Shown one piece after another: positions 1-13,898 of a DNA stretch of 43,174 nt. The position numbers and the translations under genes are program-made. Source of the DNA: Jimgerdemannia flammicorona (Eukaryota); contig RBNJ01000080.1 in the NCBI GenBank assembly GCA_003990765.1, positions 1 to 43,174 on the forward strand. The letters run 5' to 3'. Positions within the stretch are counted from its first letter, which is position 1. Each line of letters begins with the position of its first letter. The notes under the pieces are model-generated. The model ran no database searches, was not told the DNA's origin, and saw nothing but the letters and a program-made list of their open reading frames with translations.

Positions 1-71
1 TTTTTTTTTTTTTTTTTTTTTGAGAATACATTATGATTGGGTGTGCTGACATCATTTTTACATACTTCCAG

Positions 72-2499
72 CCCATCAGAAACATCTTACACCAGGAATT
101 TATTACACGGCTTCTGACCATCTTCCTCAATGGCCATTCGGGTTCCAGTCTGGTGTTTACCCGTTTATGGCAGCTGAATCCGAATTTGCTGGTATCGGGC
201 TTCTTGGATCTTTACAATAAAGACGCAACATCTCTATCTCGTATTCTTGATGTCGCGCAGGACCTGAAGGTATGCACGCAGAATCGTAAACTATTATTAC
301 AATGTCTGGTTTGCCTTCCAGAACGACGTGTTTATATCATGATCTCCTTGCAGATCCTCACGGCGATTCTCCAGGTGAAACCGTTCCCCTTTGCGATTGA
401 TCTCGCCGCTCTGGCGTCGCGCCGCGAATATCTCAACCTGGAGAAATGGCTGCAGGACAATATCGCCGAGCACAAGGACGTCTTTATCCGGTCTTGTTTG
501 GACTTTTTGAGTCAAAAGATTGCGTCTGACGTGACACGACAGGATACTAATGCCATACCGCAATCAGTGCCTCTGTCCGTGGAGGTCATGGCTATCTTCC
601 TTAGGGTGCTTTTAGAGAGGTTCGTAAAACTATACTGGCTGGATTTCACTTAATTCCCGGGATAATTATTAACATCATTTATACTACGTATAGCTCAATG
701 TCTCCCGAGAACGCGGAGCTCTTGAAAGAAGTCCACAGTACCTGCTTGCAATCATACCCCAAACTAATGAATGTCAGATCGGGAGGTGATTCGAATTCAA
801 CCGGTGGCGAGGTATCATTCTCGGAGGACGTTGAAGAGGAAGCGAATTCGTACTACGAACAGATATACCGAGGCGACATGAGTATCGAGCACATGATCGA
901 TCTCCTTCAACGGTTCAAGAACTCGAATGTGCCGCGCGAACAAGACGTTTTCGCTTGTATGATCCACAACCTGTTCGACGAATACCGCTTCTTCCCCAAA
1001 TATCCGGAAAAGGAGCTTGCGATTACTGGTGTATTATTCGGCTCGTTGATCCAGTACCAGCTCGTGTCATACATACCCCTTGGTATCGCGCTCCGTTATG
1101 TCTTGGATGCTCTCCGACAACCGGCCGGATCAAAGATGTTTGGGTTCGGCGTGCAGGCTTTATTGCAATTCCAGTCTCGCTTACCAGAGTGGCCTCAGTA
1201 CTGCTCCCACCTGTTGCAGATTCCGCAGTTGCAGCAGGCGCACCCAGAAATTGTCCGGTATATCCAGTCGACCTTGCAGGGCAATGGCGGGCAGTCGCCG
1301 GATCCGTCGGCGCCCCCAGTAGCGGACTCTTTGTCACCCAAAGTTGAGGTACCAGAAGAAGCGCCGGTGAAGGAAACGAAGCCAGTGTTTACGGCGTTGA
1401 ATGTGGATACATTGTTGGCGAATGCCGACCAAGTGAACTTTGAGATTCCCAACGAATCCGTTCAGGACAAGATTCTGTTCATCATTAATAATGTCGCACA
1501 GGCCAACCTTGAGGCCAAAACAGCAGAACTCAGAGATATTCTGGGTGAAACAGCTTATCAGTGGTTCAGTCACTACCTTGTGGTGAAGCGCGCGAGCATA
1601 GAGCCCAATTATCACCAGCTTTACCTCTTGTTGCTCGAGGCACTCGAAAGCCAGCAACTGTATCGTCACGTGTTGCACGAGACATACACGAATATCAAGA
1701 TCCTGTTGAACGGAGAGAAGACTGTGCAGTCGTCATCCGAGCGTGCATTGCTCAAGAATCTGGGCTCGTGGTTGGGTGGGATGACGGTGGCAAGAAACAA
1801 GCCTATCAAGCACAAGAATATTGCGTTCAAGGTAAATGTTAATCAGTATGATACCCGAGATTCTGATATGGTAGTAAATGATATGGTAGTAAAACGTGCT
1901 CATCTCACCTATGTATTACACCATTCAATCATATAGGAACTATTGATTGAAGGCTATGATAACAATCGCCTCATCGTTGTCATCCCATTCGTGTGCAAGG
2001 TGCTCGAGCAATGCAGCAAGAGCAAAGTCTTCAAGCCGCCTAATCCTTGGCTGATGGCTATCCTTCGCTTGCTGGTAGAACTGTACCTATATGCGGATCT
2101 GAAGCTGAACTTGAAGTTTGAGATTGAGGTTTTGTGCAAGAGTTTGAGCCTCGAGCTGAATGGTAGGTATTTCATCAAAGATCAACCAGCTGGTTATCAA
2201 AGTAAATATTTAAACATGTCGTCATACCCGATGTTACAGAGATCGAGCCAACTACCATCCTGAAAAACCGGCCGCCGAAGGAACTCGTGGCTGAGACGTC
2301 TGCATTGATTCCTGACACAATCCCGCGGGTTGGTGAGGGTGGATATGCCCCCAGCGCTCGTGCGGCCGCCGGTTCTGCTTTCCTGCAAGGTCCACAGGAA
2401 AATCACTTTGCGACGTCGCCGTCATTACCTGGTATGCGTTAACATTGTTCTCTCTGAATTCAAATTTATATGGTATGCTCTGCAAAAAACAAAAAAAAA

Positions 2500-2540
<41 letters not shown>

Positions 2541-3748
2541 TTTTGATCTAATTCTCATATTATCTGCGATATCGTAGAGGAAACTATGACCATCAATCTT
2601 CCGAATTTGGCGGCATACCTTATTTTCAATCCCAACTTGACCTTGTTCGCGACCCAACCAGCCTTGAGGCGACTGGTATCCATTGCCGTTGACAAAGCTA
2701 TCCGCGAAGTACGCTCTTATACCAAGTTTCGTTTCGTTTGGTGTTGTTGATCTGTTACTCACCTGATATTTACGTAAATTTCGATTCAGATCATTGGCCC
2801 TGTCGTGGAAAGGTCGGTCACCATTGCCGGCCTTTCAACTCGGGATATGATCATCAAGGATTTTGCGATGGAGCCAGACGAGAACAAAATGCGGAAGGCG
2901 GCCCATTTGATGGTCCAGAACCTGGCAGGTTAGCAACCAATGTGACTAACACTTATAAGTTTAGTCGGTTGTGCCCTGTTAGCGCATCGCGTTGAAGAGG
3001 CGAAGCGAATGTTGATAATCAACTCTGAATAAACTTTTTATAGGGAGCTTGGCTATGGTCACCTGCAAGGAACCTCTTCGGCTCAGCATGGTTACACATA
3101 TGCGAAACTTATTTTTGCAAAATGGCTTCACTGAGGTACGTTAAATCTGTACAATCTATTTTGTTCATTATGAGCTAGGGCAATCAATCTTATCATCGCC
3201 ACGGGATTTGTATTCGGTTAAAATAGCAAACGCTGCCAGAACAAGCTATCATGATTGTTGTAAACGAAAATTCCGAGTTGGCTTGCTCCATCATTGAGAA
3301 GGCTGCTATGGAGAAGGCATTGCCAGAGATCGACGAGGCATTAGCTTCTGGTTTCAACAACAGGAAAAAGCATCGCGAAGTATGTGTAGTTTGCGTGTAT
3401 TCTCGATTATTTCATGTTATACTTCACACCCTGCATCTGGTGTTTACTCGTTGCTCCAACTTACCCTTATTTCAATCGACAGCGGACAAATCAACCGTTC
3501 TATGATATGTCTGTCTTCTCGGCCTCGCGGTATCCCTCAAGTCTTCCCGAGCCTTTGCGTTTAAAGCCCAATGGTTTGCAAATGCAACAGGTATGTGGTC
3601 AATCTGTTTCTTTGTATCGATAATGTTGCACGGCATCGCTAAAATTCCTTTGCTATCAGCTCCGTGTCTATGAGGATTTTGCGAGATCTCGCATGCAAAA
3701 CCAACTAACGACATATGGAGCAGGTGAGCATTATGAAATCTGTTACTC

Positions 3749-3795
<47 letters not shown>

Positions 3796-6678
3796 TTGCG
3801 CCACCAAGTTCACCTCCGTATGAATTTCTCATTGTAGAACCCGATCGAGTCCCGAGAGCTACGCGGCCTGAAGTATACCATCCTTCTTATGGGTATGCTG
3901 CTGACGTGTCATACGAAGGGGGCGCTCAAGCACAAGCCGGCGCACATCAAATTCTCGAGAAGTTTGCTGTAAGTTCTTCGATTTAGCTATGTGGGACATG
4001 CTAAACCACATCTTTGAATTTTATCTAATCCGTTATTCTCGTCTTTTTCTAGCAATTTATCGCCGAGCTAGATAAACAAATCAGCCAAACCTCTGCGGGA
4101 TCGTTCAATGTGCTTCCGCAAAATCATGATATCCGCTTGTTGGTCCGCCAGATTCCAGTTTTGGCAAGCCAATCTTTCAACCGCGTTGAAACCGCCATGA
4201 CCCTTGCACAGAAGGTTGTCCAGCTGCTGTATAAGAGCGAATCGAACCTTGCTCGCGAGACATATGTTGCACTCCTTGAACGTTTGTGCGAGACCTCGAA
4301 CAATGTGGCGAAGGAAGTCACCACGTGGCTCGTGTACGCGGACGATGAGGTTCGCTTTTTCAAACTCGGTTCTGTGATTTATGGACTCATTTGTGGTATT
4401 GACTGTCTGTTACACCCATCATAATCTTTAGCGTAAATACAACGTTCCGGTAACGGTGGCATTGATCAGATCCGGTCTCATCAGTCTTGTTGATCAAGAT
4501 ATGCAGCTGGCGAAGTTGATTGAAAACGGGCGTCCAACCGTCATTGATTTCACGACGAAGCTCGTTCGGACTTGTGTCTTGGAGGAACCCTCTTGTGCCA
4601 CTCGCCAGGAATTCATCAACTCGTTGGAGGCATTGAACAGGCTTGCTCAGCGTGCCAAAGCTCCAGAAAGGTATCGCGTCGAAAATCACTCACAAAATAC
4701 CTAAATTTTAGGTTCGACTTATCAACCCTCCCTTCTCTGCTATTTTGTAGCGTCCTTATGCTTCTGGACGATATTAGGCGGGGAGCGCAGAAATCTGCGA
4801 GAGATGCGACAAGAGACGATGAGAATGCTGGATTGCGAGAGCAATTGCAATACCTCTTTACGGAGTGGGTCAGACTTTATCAATACCCGTCATCCAATGA
4901 GAAGGCGTACCTTTCCTTCCTGAATCAAGTAAGCAAGGCGGTAATTTCTTTTCTTTTTTTTTTTTTCAATGCTAATAATTGTTTACTCGATAATGGCACA
5001 GCTTGCACAACAGGGTGTTTTTAAGGGCGATGACATCTCTTCAATGTTTTTCCGCATCTGCACCGAAACCTGTGTGGACCATTTCCTGAAGAACAAGCCA
5101 AGCCCGGGAACCGCGCCGACGGCTAGCTATCAGCCTATCGACGCCTTTTCCAAGCTCGTGGTGTTGTTGGTGAAAATCCAAACGGACCCGACCAATACCA
5201 ATAATAACGCAGCGAAGATCAATCAGCTCAGCAAGATTTTGTCTATCATTGTACTCGTGCTTGCTCAGCAGCATGAGCAGCGCCGCCACCAGTTCAACCA
5301 GAAGCCTTTCTTGCGCTTATTCTCGAGCCTGCTCAACGATTTCAACTCGTATGAACATCACTTCCAGTCCATCTACTTCCAAATCTTGAGTGCGTTGGGC
5401 CACACGTTCCACACGTTGCAGCCATTGTATTTCCCGGGCTTTACCTTCGCTTGGTTGCAGTTGATCTCGCACCGTCTTTTTATGCCGAAACTGTTGCTCG
5501 CTGATCACCAAAAGGTAATTAGCTGCGACAATTTTTTATTTTTATGGGCGCTCGTTGTTCCACTTACAGATCCTTTAATTTACATCTATGATATTCCACA
5601 GGGATGGCCGGTTTTCCAACGCCTGCTGATTTGCCTATTCACATTCCTTGTTCCTTTCTTGCGGAACGTGGAGTTGCGGGAAACGACACGAATGCTATAT
5701 CGCGGTACGCTGCGCGTCCTGCTGGTCCTGCTGCATGACTTTCCCGAGTTCCTTTGCGATTATCATTTCAGTTTCTGCGATGTGATTCCGGCGTCATGCA
5801 TCCAGCTGCGGAATCTCATCTTGAGCGCGTTTCCCCGCAACATGCGTCTCCCTGATCCTTTCACGCCCAACCTCAAGGTCGATCTGCTTCCGGAGATTAA
5901 TCAGTCGCCACGCGTGCTGTCGGACTATAGCGGTGTCCTACTCACCAATAATTTCAAGCAAGACGTTGATGTCTATTTGAAGACGCGAGCACCAGTTCCG
6001 TTCCTGTTGGATCTCCGCAGCAAGCTGTTGCTTGATCCGAATAGTGCTGAGGCTTATAATACGGGCTCCAAGTATAATGTGCCTGTAATCAATGGCTTGG
6101 TACTTTATGTTGGGATCCAGGCCATAGCACAGAGTGCTCCGATAACGCATAGTGCGCCAATGGACATATATCAGCAATTGCTTCTTGATCTGGATTCGGA
6201 AGGTTAGCGTTTGGAAAATACCCTTGAAACATATACACTTTCATATGCTCATCAATTCTCCATTTGGCCATATTTATAGGGCGGTACTTGTTCCTGAGCG
6301 CCATCGCCAACCAATTGCGGTACCCGAATAGTCATACGCACTACTTCAGCTGCGTGCTTCTGTACCTGTTTGCGGAGGGTAACCAGGAGATTATCAAGGA
6401 GCAAGTAACAAGGGTGCTTCTTGAGAGATTGATTGTCAACAGACCTCACCCGTGGGGTCTCCTCATCACCTTCATTGAGCTGATTAAGAATCCACGGTAC
6501 AACTTTTGGAACCACTCGTTCACTCGCTGTGCGACAGATATTGAGAGGCTCTTCGAGAGCGTTTCTAGGTGAGTTTACATTTATTTCCTAATGATTGATA
6601 TATTCGAGTTTGCCCACAAAGTGGCCGGCGTCTCATTTTCAATTATTGTGGTTTGTTAGGTCAATTAATCAAACATAA
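72..6678 (+). CDS. NOT1: CCR4-NOT complex scaffold subunit NOT1 (5'-truncated by the window edge; multi-exon)
   Basis: Exon translations contain NOT1 hallmarks: [137 protein letters not shown]. Introns are GT-AG. The last exon SINQT ends at TAA 6676-6678. Confidence 0.97.
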
Positions 6679-7099
6679 AAGTCGGGTGTGCTGCAGATCA
6701 AGGTAGCCGGGTTATGACATTGATTGAGATAAGAGCCAAACAGAACGCTTTGCATGTACAAATCGAGTTTACGATTCTATAGACTCCCTCCCTGTTTCCT
6801 TTTTCTTTGTTTTCTTTGTCAGATATCTCCATTTTTTTCGATACAGTAGACTGAGACTCATCTCGGAGGGTGTTTGTAGTAGATACAGCAATTCACACTA
6901 TCAGTGGCACTTGTACAATTTGTTTTCAACCATTACAGTTCTTTGTTGCGTTTTGTCCCTTTCGCATTTCTTGAATGTGGATTTTGTTTTGTTGTCAAAT
7001 ATACACGTTTCGCTTGGCTGTCATGTGGAATGAATGTGGAAAAATCCCCCCTAAAACTATTCAATCCCCCGTATATACTGGTAGCTTCAATGCTCATGT

Positions 7100-8293
7100 C
7101 TACCGCCCTTTGAAATATGGTGCTGCTTTTTCCGCCGCCTTACGGGTCCGTACATCAATATTACGATCTTGCCATGTGCTCTTGCGTAGTTTGATGGGAC
7201 GGTTGCCGACGTACTTGCCTAATAATGAGTTTTGCGGTTTATCCGGAAAACGGCTTATTCATAGTACTACTCGGAGCAAATGATGAACCCTTCGCACTAT
7301 ACACCTCGCCCTGAGTATATCTTTTCTCTTTTATCAGATTTGCACACACACGCACAAGATACTCACCATTCATCTCCCTCCACGCTCTTACAAACTCGTT
7401 CGGGTCCTTGAAACTCACGAAACCATACCCTTTGGACTTGAGAGTCCGCTTGTCTCGGATGACCTTGGCGCGTAATAGCGAAGGGTATTTGGAGAAGGCC
7501 TTCTCGAGTATCTCGTCCGTAACTTCGTTGCCTAGATCTCCGCAGAAGAGGCGGAAGTCGTCTGGTTGTGTGGTACGTGGGGAAAAAAAAAAGGGTTAAA
7601 GTATGCTCGACGTTTACGAATAGACGTTATGCGTGTAACCATGGAGAGATAGCGATACAAGAATATGTAAAATTAAGCTTTACCATCATCCCATTCTAAC
7701 AATGTGTTATCCTCCCACACTTCTCCACCCGCCGCTCGAACCACAACCTTCTGCTTTTTCTTCTTTTTTTCCTTCCCATCCTCATCCTTCTCCCCAATGG
7801 TCACCACATCCACCACAGGCGTTCCTGTCACCGCCGACGTGACCGGGGTATACAATCCCGGCCCTACCGTCGAAGTAGCTGCCGGATACGAGCTGGCGCT
7901 CGTGGTCGCGTTAGTAGTGGACCCTGCCGGTGCGGCGTACCACTGCCCCTCATAAAAGTAGTACTGCCCCGACGGGTCATAGTAGCCACTCGCCGCCGTC
8001 GTAGCGTCGTATCCGACCGCCGCCACCGCCCCCGCTCCCGTCCCGTAGGATGCAGTGTTCTGGGGTTGCCCGGCGCCGTATGCGCTGTAATCATACGCGT
8101 AGCCGCTGGGTGTGCTGGTAGGGTAGTAGGTCTGCTGCTGAGCTAGCGCGGCTGGTCGTGACTGGTAGGGCTGCTGTGGTGGAGCGGCGGCAGAGGGCTG
8201 AGGGCGGAAAGGGCGCATGGGCCCTGTAGGGACGTTGTTTGCTCCTGTGGAGAAGGCGGGGTTGTAGTTGTTGTAGGGCGGGCGATTCGACAT
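7100..8293 (-). CDS. RBM42: RNA-binding protein 42-like (RRM; U4/U6.U5-associated), 3 exons: 8293-7684, 7561-7367, 7218-7100
   Basis: The spliced product has a Y/P/Q-rich N-terminus followed by RAAGGEVWEDNTLLEWD-DDFRLFCGDLGNEVTDEIL...KVIRDKRTLKSKGYGFVSFKDP...REMNGKYVGNRPIKLRKSTW, the RBM42 signature. Splice sites are canonical. Confidence 0.92.
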
Positions 8294-8426
8294 GATGGCG
8301 TTGAAAGCCGACTTGTGGCGAAGGAGGAATGTTTCGAGTTGTATTAGTGACGTTCATGGCCACCCACGTGGCAGTCGTGAATATATATATATTTCGAACC
8401 CTGCTTTTGCAAACAAATCCAACTTC

Positions 8427-10275
8427 ATGTTCCTCTCAACCCACCCTCCGTCCTCGTTGCGCACCTTTCGCCACGCGTGTTCGCTCGTGAGACCTATCAT
8501 CAATGTTCAGCGCCTCCGACCATTTCATCGCTCATTGGCCCGTTTCAATGCCGAGGCGGGACCAAAGAAACCCTACTCGGAGCGCCTCAAGAACGCCTGG
8601 AACGCCACACAGGTCAAATGGTATCCCATACCTGTCGGCCTTGGCATCGCATTTATTGGCTTTCAACATTCCCGACATATCCGAAAACGAGAATGGCAGC
8701 GGTTGCGAGAGGAGGCAGAGGCGCAAGCGGAAGCGCAAGGTCGGCCACGTGTCGTGGTTGAGGGTCCCTGGCAGGTATGTCCTTGCTACTGCGATTGCTG
8801 CCAATGAGAAAAAACATAATTTGAACTCGTCATTTTTGTCAAAACAGGTTCGCGTCGCCGCGGCTCTTCCACTCCGCTCCTTATCGCGGCTATGGGGCTG
8901 GTTCAACAATCTCAACATCCCTAGACCGCTTCGCATCCCTGGATTCAAACTATACAGCTTTCTGTTCGGCTGCAACCTCGAGGAGATGAAGAACCCGGAT
9001 CTGAGGACTTATTCGAATCTTTCCGAATTCTTTTACCGAGAGCTGAAGGATGGTGCGAGGCCAATCGAAAATTCACCCTTGGTACGCCTTGAATCTGTCG
9101 ACGGTTAAGTATGGCATCGCCATCCAAATGTCTGTCAAAAATTTTACCGCGTTTCTGTCGTTACTTTGCAGGTGTCTCCATCCGACGGCAAAATCCTCCA
9201 CTTTGGCGTCGTCGAGGGCCGCAACATCGAGCAGATAAAGGGAAAAACTTACTCCCTTGACGCTTTGATCGGTGGAAAGTCGGCAGGAAACACCACTGAC
9301 ATTCTTGCCTCGAGCCAATCGGCCAACATCGTCAACGAGGAGAAATTTGCCAACATCAATGATATCCCTTACTCGCTCGACACCCTACTTGGCAGCGATC
9401 CGGCCGCGGGGGTCAAGGCTGAGAGCATCGTTGGGCCTGATGGAACCGTGCGGACCAAGGGCAAGCTCGCGGCGGATACGACGGGCAACGCACGGGCTAT
9501 TTTGAAGAGGACGGATTTGGAACCGGAGGTTCGCGATCACCATCGTCCCGCTGAGGGGCATGGCTTGTTCTTTTGCGTAATCTATCTCGCGCCTGGCGAT
9601 TATCATCGGTTTCATTCGCCTACGAACTGGGTGGTCGAGGCAAGGCGTCACTTCGCCGGTGAGTTTAACAAAGATGTCGAGCTGCATGGTATACAATATT
9701 GTCGCTAGACAATGACAGAAACCTGCGCTTCACCCATTTGCATGTAGGTGAACTTTTTTCGGTGTCGCCATACATGGTGAAGCTGCTCGAGAACCTGTTT
9801 GTCCTTAACGAACGCGTGGTACTGAACGGCCGGTGGCAGTACGGTATCTTCTCCATGATCCCTGTCGGCGCCACCAACGTCGGGTCGATCAAGATCAACT
9901 TTGATGAGGTCAGTTCCTCACTAGATACTGAGATCGAAACAAACTGGTCACGAAACTAACATTGATGTATACCATTCCTTCTCATTGCACACACACACAC
10001 ACTCTCTCTCTCTCTCTCTCTCCCCATCTATCACATAGGCTCTCAAAACCAACCGGAGGGAAGACCTCCCTGGAGGTACGTACACCGAAGTCTCGTACCG
10101 ATCGGCGGACCCATTCGTCGGTGGGAAACAACTCGTGCCGGGCGAGGAGATGGGCGGGTTTTGCCTAGGCTCGACGGTCGTGCTGGTGTTCGAGGCGCCG
10201 CTGGGCTTTAGGTTCGGGGTTCAGGCGGGGCAAAAGGTGCGCATGGGTCAGGCGCTGGGCGAAATGACGGCATAG
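8427..10275 (+). CDS. PSD1: Mitochondrial phosphatidylserine decarboxylase proenzyme (multi-exon)
   Basis: Arg/Ser-rich presequence, [11 protein letters not shown] anchor, [67 protein letters not shown] and the autocleavage motif [16 protein letters not shown]. Stop TAG at 10273-10275. Confidence 0.96.
9988..10022. repeat. (CA)n(CT)n compound microsatellite in a PSD1 intron
   Basis: cacacacacacacactctctctctctctctctctc read directly. Confidence 0.85.
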
Positions 10276-10594
10276 AGTTGGAGATGTGCCGAGTAAAATG
10301 GGTAGAATGGATGCGAATTTATTGATGTTGTATGTAGGAATTATTGTAAACGGTATATTGTTTTGATCGTGTACATACATATGCGTTAGTATAGAACGCC
10401 GGAAGGGTCATAGAAACATTTCCGCTAAATTAGGAAGGAACATATTTGATTGAGGTTTGCTGCGCTCAATGCAATAGGTATAGTTTGCTCGATGAAGTGA
10501 TATCATTCTTTTCCAAAGGCCCAAAGAGAAGCACCAAGACGCTAGGCACGGACGAGTTCGTTAAGAGCCGGGTGGTCAAGGTTCAAGCGAACCA

Positions 10595-11649
10595 TCATCT
10601 CCTCGGCTTTGTTAACCTGGTGGTCGACATGTTTTCATTGGGCAACGCCGCCTGTTTCATGCGCAACTCGATGGGGGTGGCGCCGAAAGGGTTTGGGAAA
10701 AATCGGCGCCGAATGGCCGTCACGGCCATAACGGGAGGCGGGAAAGAATGGAAAACTAGGAATGTTGACCTGTGGTGGGGGAGCAGGTGTGTAAGGAGAT
10801 TGAATGGTGAACCGTTGCACAATGTGATTATCGTCTTTACCTAAGGAAAGTTTTGGCGGTGGTCAGGTTCATGTCGATGGACTTGTTGATGCGCCAAGGA
10901 TATACAGTAGAAAGTGCCTCGCAGAAAATATCTAGAGAGACAACGATGACCAACCCGGAAAAGTACCTGTAATGATTGTCGGCCGGGATGCGAATGAAAT
11001 CGCGCTTAGTAAGGGTGCTACCATCGACTCGTGCATTGGTAGTAAACATTTGCCGAAAATCCGCGCAGTCTCACCACATCCCCACAGCTACAACCGCTGA
11101 TGGCATCTCATCCATTCCTGTATTTGCATTCATCAATGGGTAGAACATGTACATGAAGGCGCAAATTCCAGCGAGAAGGAACATGAAGCGCGCGACATTG
11201 GAAAGGCACGTGGCCACTTCATTCATGAGTAGCGCCTGCAAAACGAGGCTCGCGATCATCGCCAGGTTCGTCAGTAGGCCCGTCGCGAGCGACATCCAGA
11301 AGAGGTTGTTAATGCGCTTCTTTGGCGGGTAAAACTTTCCTCCCAAGGTGTAGGTGACGATGGTGAGGAGGTCGAGGAAGACCATGAGGAAGATGGTCGA
11401 GATGTCGTTGAAGACGTCCTCCGGGATGGTGGAAGATATTCGTAGGACGTTGGCCACGGCCACAACGAGGCAGGAGAGAAAGTTGACGACGAGGCAGCTG
11501 ACCCGGAGGGAGCTGTAGCTGACGATGACTTTGCAGAGGATGGCACCGCAGCCGATGAAACTGAAACCGACGGTGGCCCACGCGCCGGCGATGGTCGCAA
11601 CGTCGCTGGACGGGATCGGCGGGTTGAGAGGACTGGTTGTGGAATTCAT
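10595..11649 (-). CDS. Orphan multi-pass membrane protein, about 291 aa, about 7 hydrophobic segments; exons 11649-11075, 10966-10841, 10769-10595
   Basis: GT-AG introns join in consistent phase (575+126+175=876 nt). N-terminal NST sequon, then hydrophobic stretches (IAGAWATVGFSFIGCGAILC, VSCLVVNFLSCLVVAVA, ISTIFLMVFLDLLTIV, LFWMSLATGLLTNLAMIASLVL, FMFLLAGICAFMYMFY, VVAVGMWYFSGLVIVVSLDIF, TFLRSTFLVFHSFPPP) and a basic C-tail. Confidence 0.75.
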
Positions 11650-11729
11650 CGGCTGGACAAGAGGACAAGTTGGCGTGGGTGAGGTAGGGTATCCAAGGCC
11701 AATTCGATCGAACAAAAAGGATTGAGTGT

Positions 11730-11790
11730 GATCGACATGTGTGAGGGAAATTCGATCGACATGTGTGAGGGAAAGACGATCGACGTGTGG
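11730..11790. repeat. 24-bp tandem repeat (about 2.5 copies) upstream of the 7-TM gene
   Basis: gatcgacatgtgtgagggaaa starts at 11730 and 11754; partial gatcgacgtgtg starts at 11778. Confidence 0.85.
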
Positions 11791-12119
11791 CAGCACGATA
11801 AGGTGAAGAAACTCGCGGAGGGGGGTTTTTTTTTGTTTAAAAAAAATCGCAGACAAACTCGGAAAATAGCTGGACAAAGGAATTCGAATGTCTACATACT
11901 TACAATCCATCTCAAACGGTTTCTATTCTTTTTTCGCCCCTATATATAGCAATCCAGAATACGGAATGGTTCCTCCAATCTGTATTTTATTTTACTTTAC
12001 TATGTATACTTGATTTTTTATGTATTCGTAGTTTTGTACTCTATTTCGCACCCTGGAATTGGTGGATTTGATGTACCACGATGAATTGGGAACTATTTCC
12101 TTCGTAAGTATATATTATA

Positions 12120-13898
12120 CTATGCCGGCACGAAATTCAGTTCCTCCTGCCTACTTGAGGCAAAATTCATCAATAATAAAATACTTTTGAATAAAAAATA
12201 AACTGTTTAAAATACACTTAAATAAATAGTTGGTACAACATTTCTGAGCACAAGCATAAGTTGTGCCAACTAAGCAACCCTAAATCATGTCCTTGCAAAA
12301 TTGCACGTCCTTCATGCCTTCACGAAATTGCCATGTCCTCACCTGTCTTAGAAGTATACATCCTATCATGAAATCACCACATCCCATCTTAGCACGTCCT
12401 GTGAAATTTGTACTGAAACTACTCATCCTACTATTGGTCAATACATCAATCGTCTACTAAGCAACTTACTCAAGATTACAGATACCTGCTATCAATAAAT
12501 TATGCATTAGAACCCCAACTCAATCTTGTCATAGTGGATGACTCAGTATCTTCACTGGATCTCAATATATTATTAAAATTAATTGTTTACAATAATTTGT
12601 AAAATTAAAAATTATAATATTTATTATTATTATATTATATATTGTATATTGTATAATAATAATAGTTATTTATTATCAAATAAATTGATTATTAATATTT
12701 TATATAATATAGTATATCTAAGATAGCTCTATATATTTAATTAAATTTATATCAGAAGACTTAATAAACTAAAATTCTAGCTAATTGATAATAAGTTCTT
12801 TAAGTTTCTAATAAACTACTTTGATATTATATATATATGTATTATTCTATTATTAAATATAATTATCATAATAAATAAAATTATAATATAAAGTAATCTA
12901 TAGAAGAACTTTTTTATATATTATTAGTAAGATATATTTAACTAATAATATAAGTATTTATTTAAAAAATAAACTCTTATAATATTAGAAAATTTAACTA
13001 AAAACTGTAATACTATCATTACTATCTTCAATTTATAATTAAAGTTAAATATGCTAAATTATAATTTATTTTAAAAAAATAATCTAAATAAATTTAACAA
13101 TACTTATAGTATATCATTTTGTATCAGACTAATGATAGTATTTAGATTGTCTATAATAAGTAATAAGTAATATTTAAATCTAAGAGTAATGACTTATAAA
13201 TAGTAATTCAAGAGTAATAACTAAGAGCTTCAATTTTATATTTAATTGTTTTATAGTAAAGTAGTAGTAATCCAGTATCTATTAATAGTTGTGAAAATTC
13301 AATATAATATTTAAAGCTAAAAATAAAAATATAATAATATATAATATATAATATATAATATAATTTTTAATCTTATCAATTATTGTGAACAATTGATTCT
13401 AATATTATATGTTGAGGTCCAGTTAAGGTACTGAGTCATCTACCACAATGGAGTTCCAAATTGCAATTAATTGACAGCAGATGTAATATGAATATTGTAA
13501 GTTGCTTAGTGTTTCTATGCACCAAGCAACTAGTAATAGGGTGAGGGGTAGTTTCAGCAGTAGACATTTTTTGAATGATGAAATAATAATTCGAAAACAG
13601 TCTATTTATTCTGTACAGATTTCGACAGCATACTTCTAAGACAGGACGTGGTGATTTCGCGACAGCATATTTCATGAATACCTTCCTGTGCAATTTCACG
13701 AGGACTCGAAGTCATGAAGACGTGAGGACGTGCAATTTTTGCAGTACTATGTGGCACAAGTTATGCTTGTACTCAGAAATGTTGTACCATTATTTATTTA
13801 AGTGTATTTTAAACGGTTATTTTTTATTCAAAAGTATTTTATTATTGATGAATTTTGCCTCAAGTAGGCAGGTGCAACCGAATTTCGCGCCGGCAGAG
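12120..13898. mobile_element. Non-autonomous or decayed DNA transposon with long terminal inverted repeats, flanked by TA (Tc1/mariner-type target or foldback-like)
   Basis: 12120-~12268 is a near-perfect reverse complement of ~13752-13898 (ctatgccggcacgaaattc.../...gaatttcgcgccggcagag). Patchy inverted similarity continues inward to ~12650/~13330 (e.g. gatgactcagtatcttcactgga vs tccagttaaggtactgagtcatc). TA on both flanks (12118-19, 13899-900). The core is extremely AT-rich with no readable ORF. Confidence 0.88.

Noticed and set aside
11730-11790. CRISPR-like repeat
   Set aside because: Eukaryotic context, and the repeats are contiguous with only 3-nt variable gaps, so there are no spacers.
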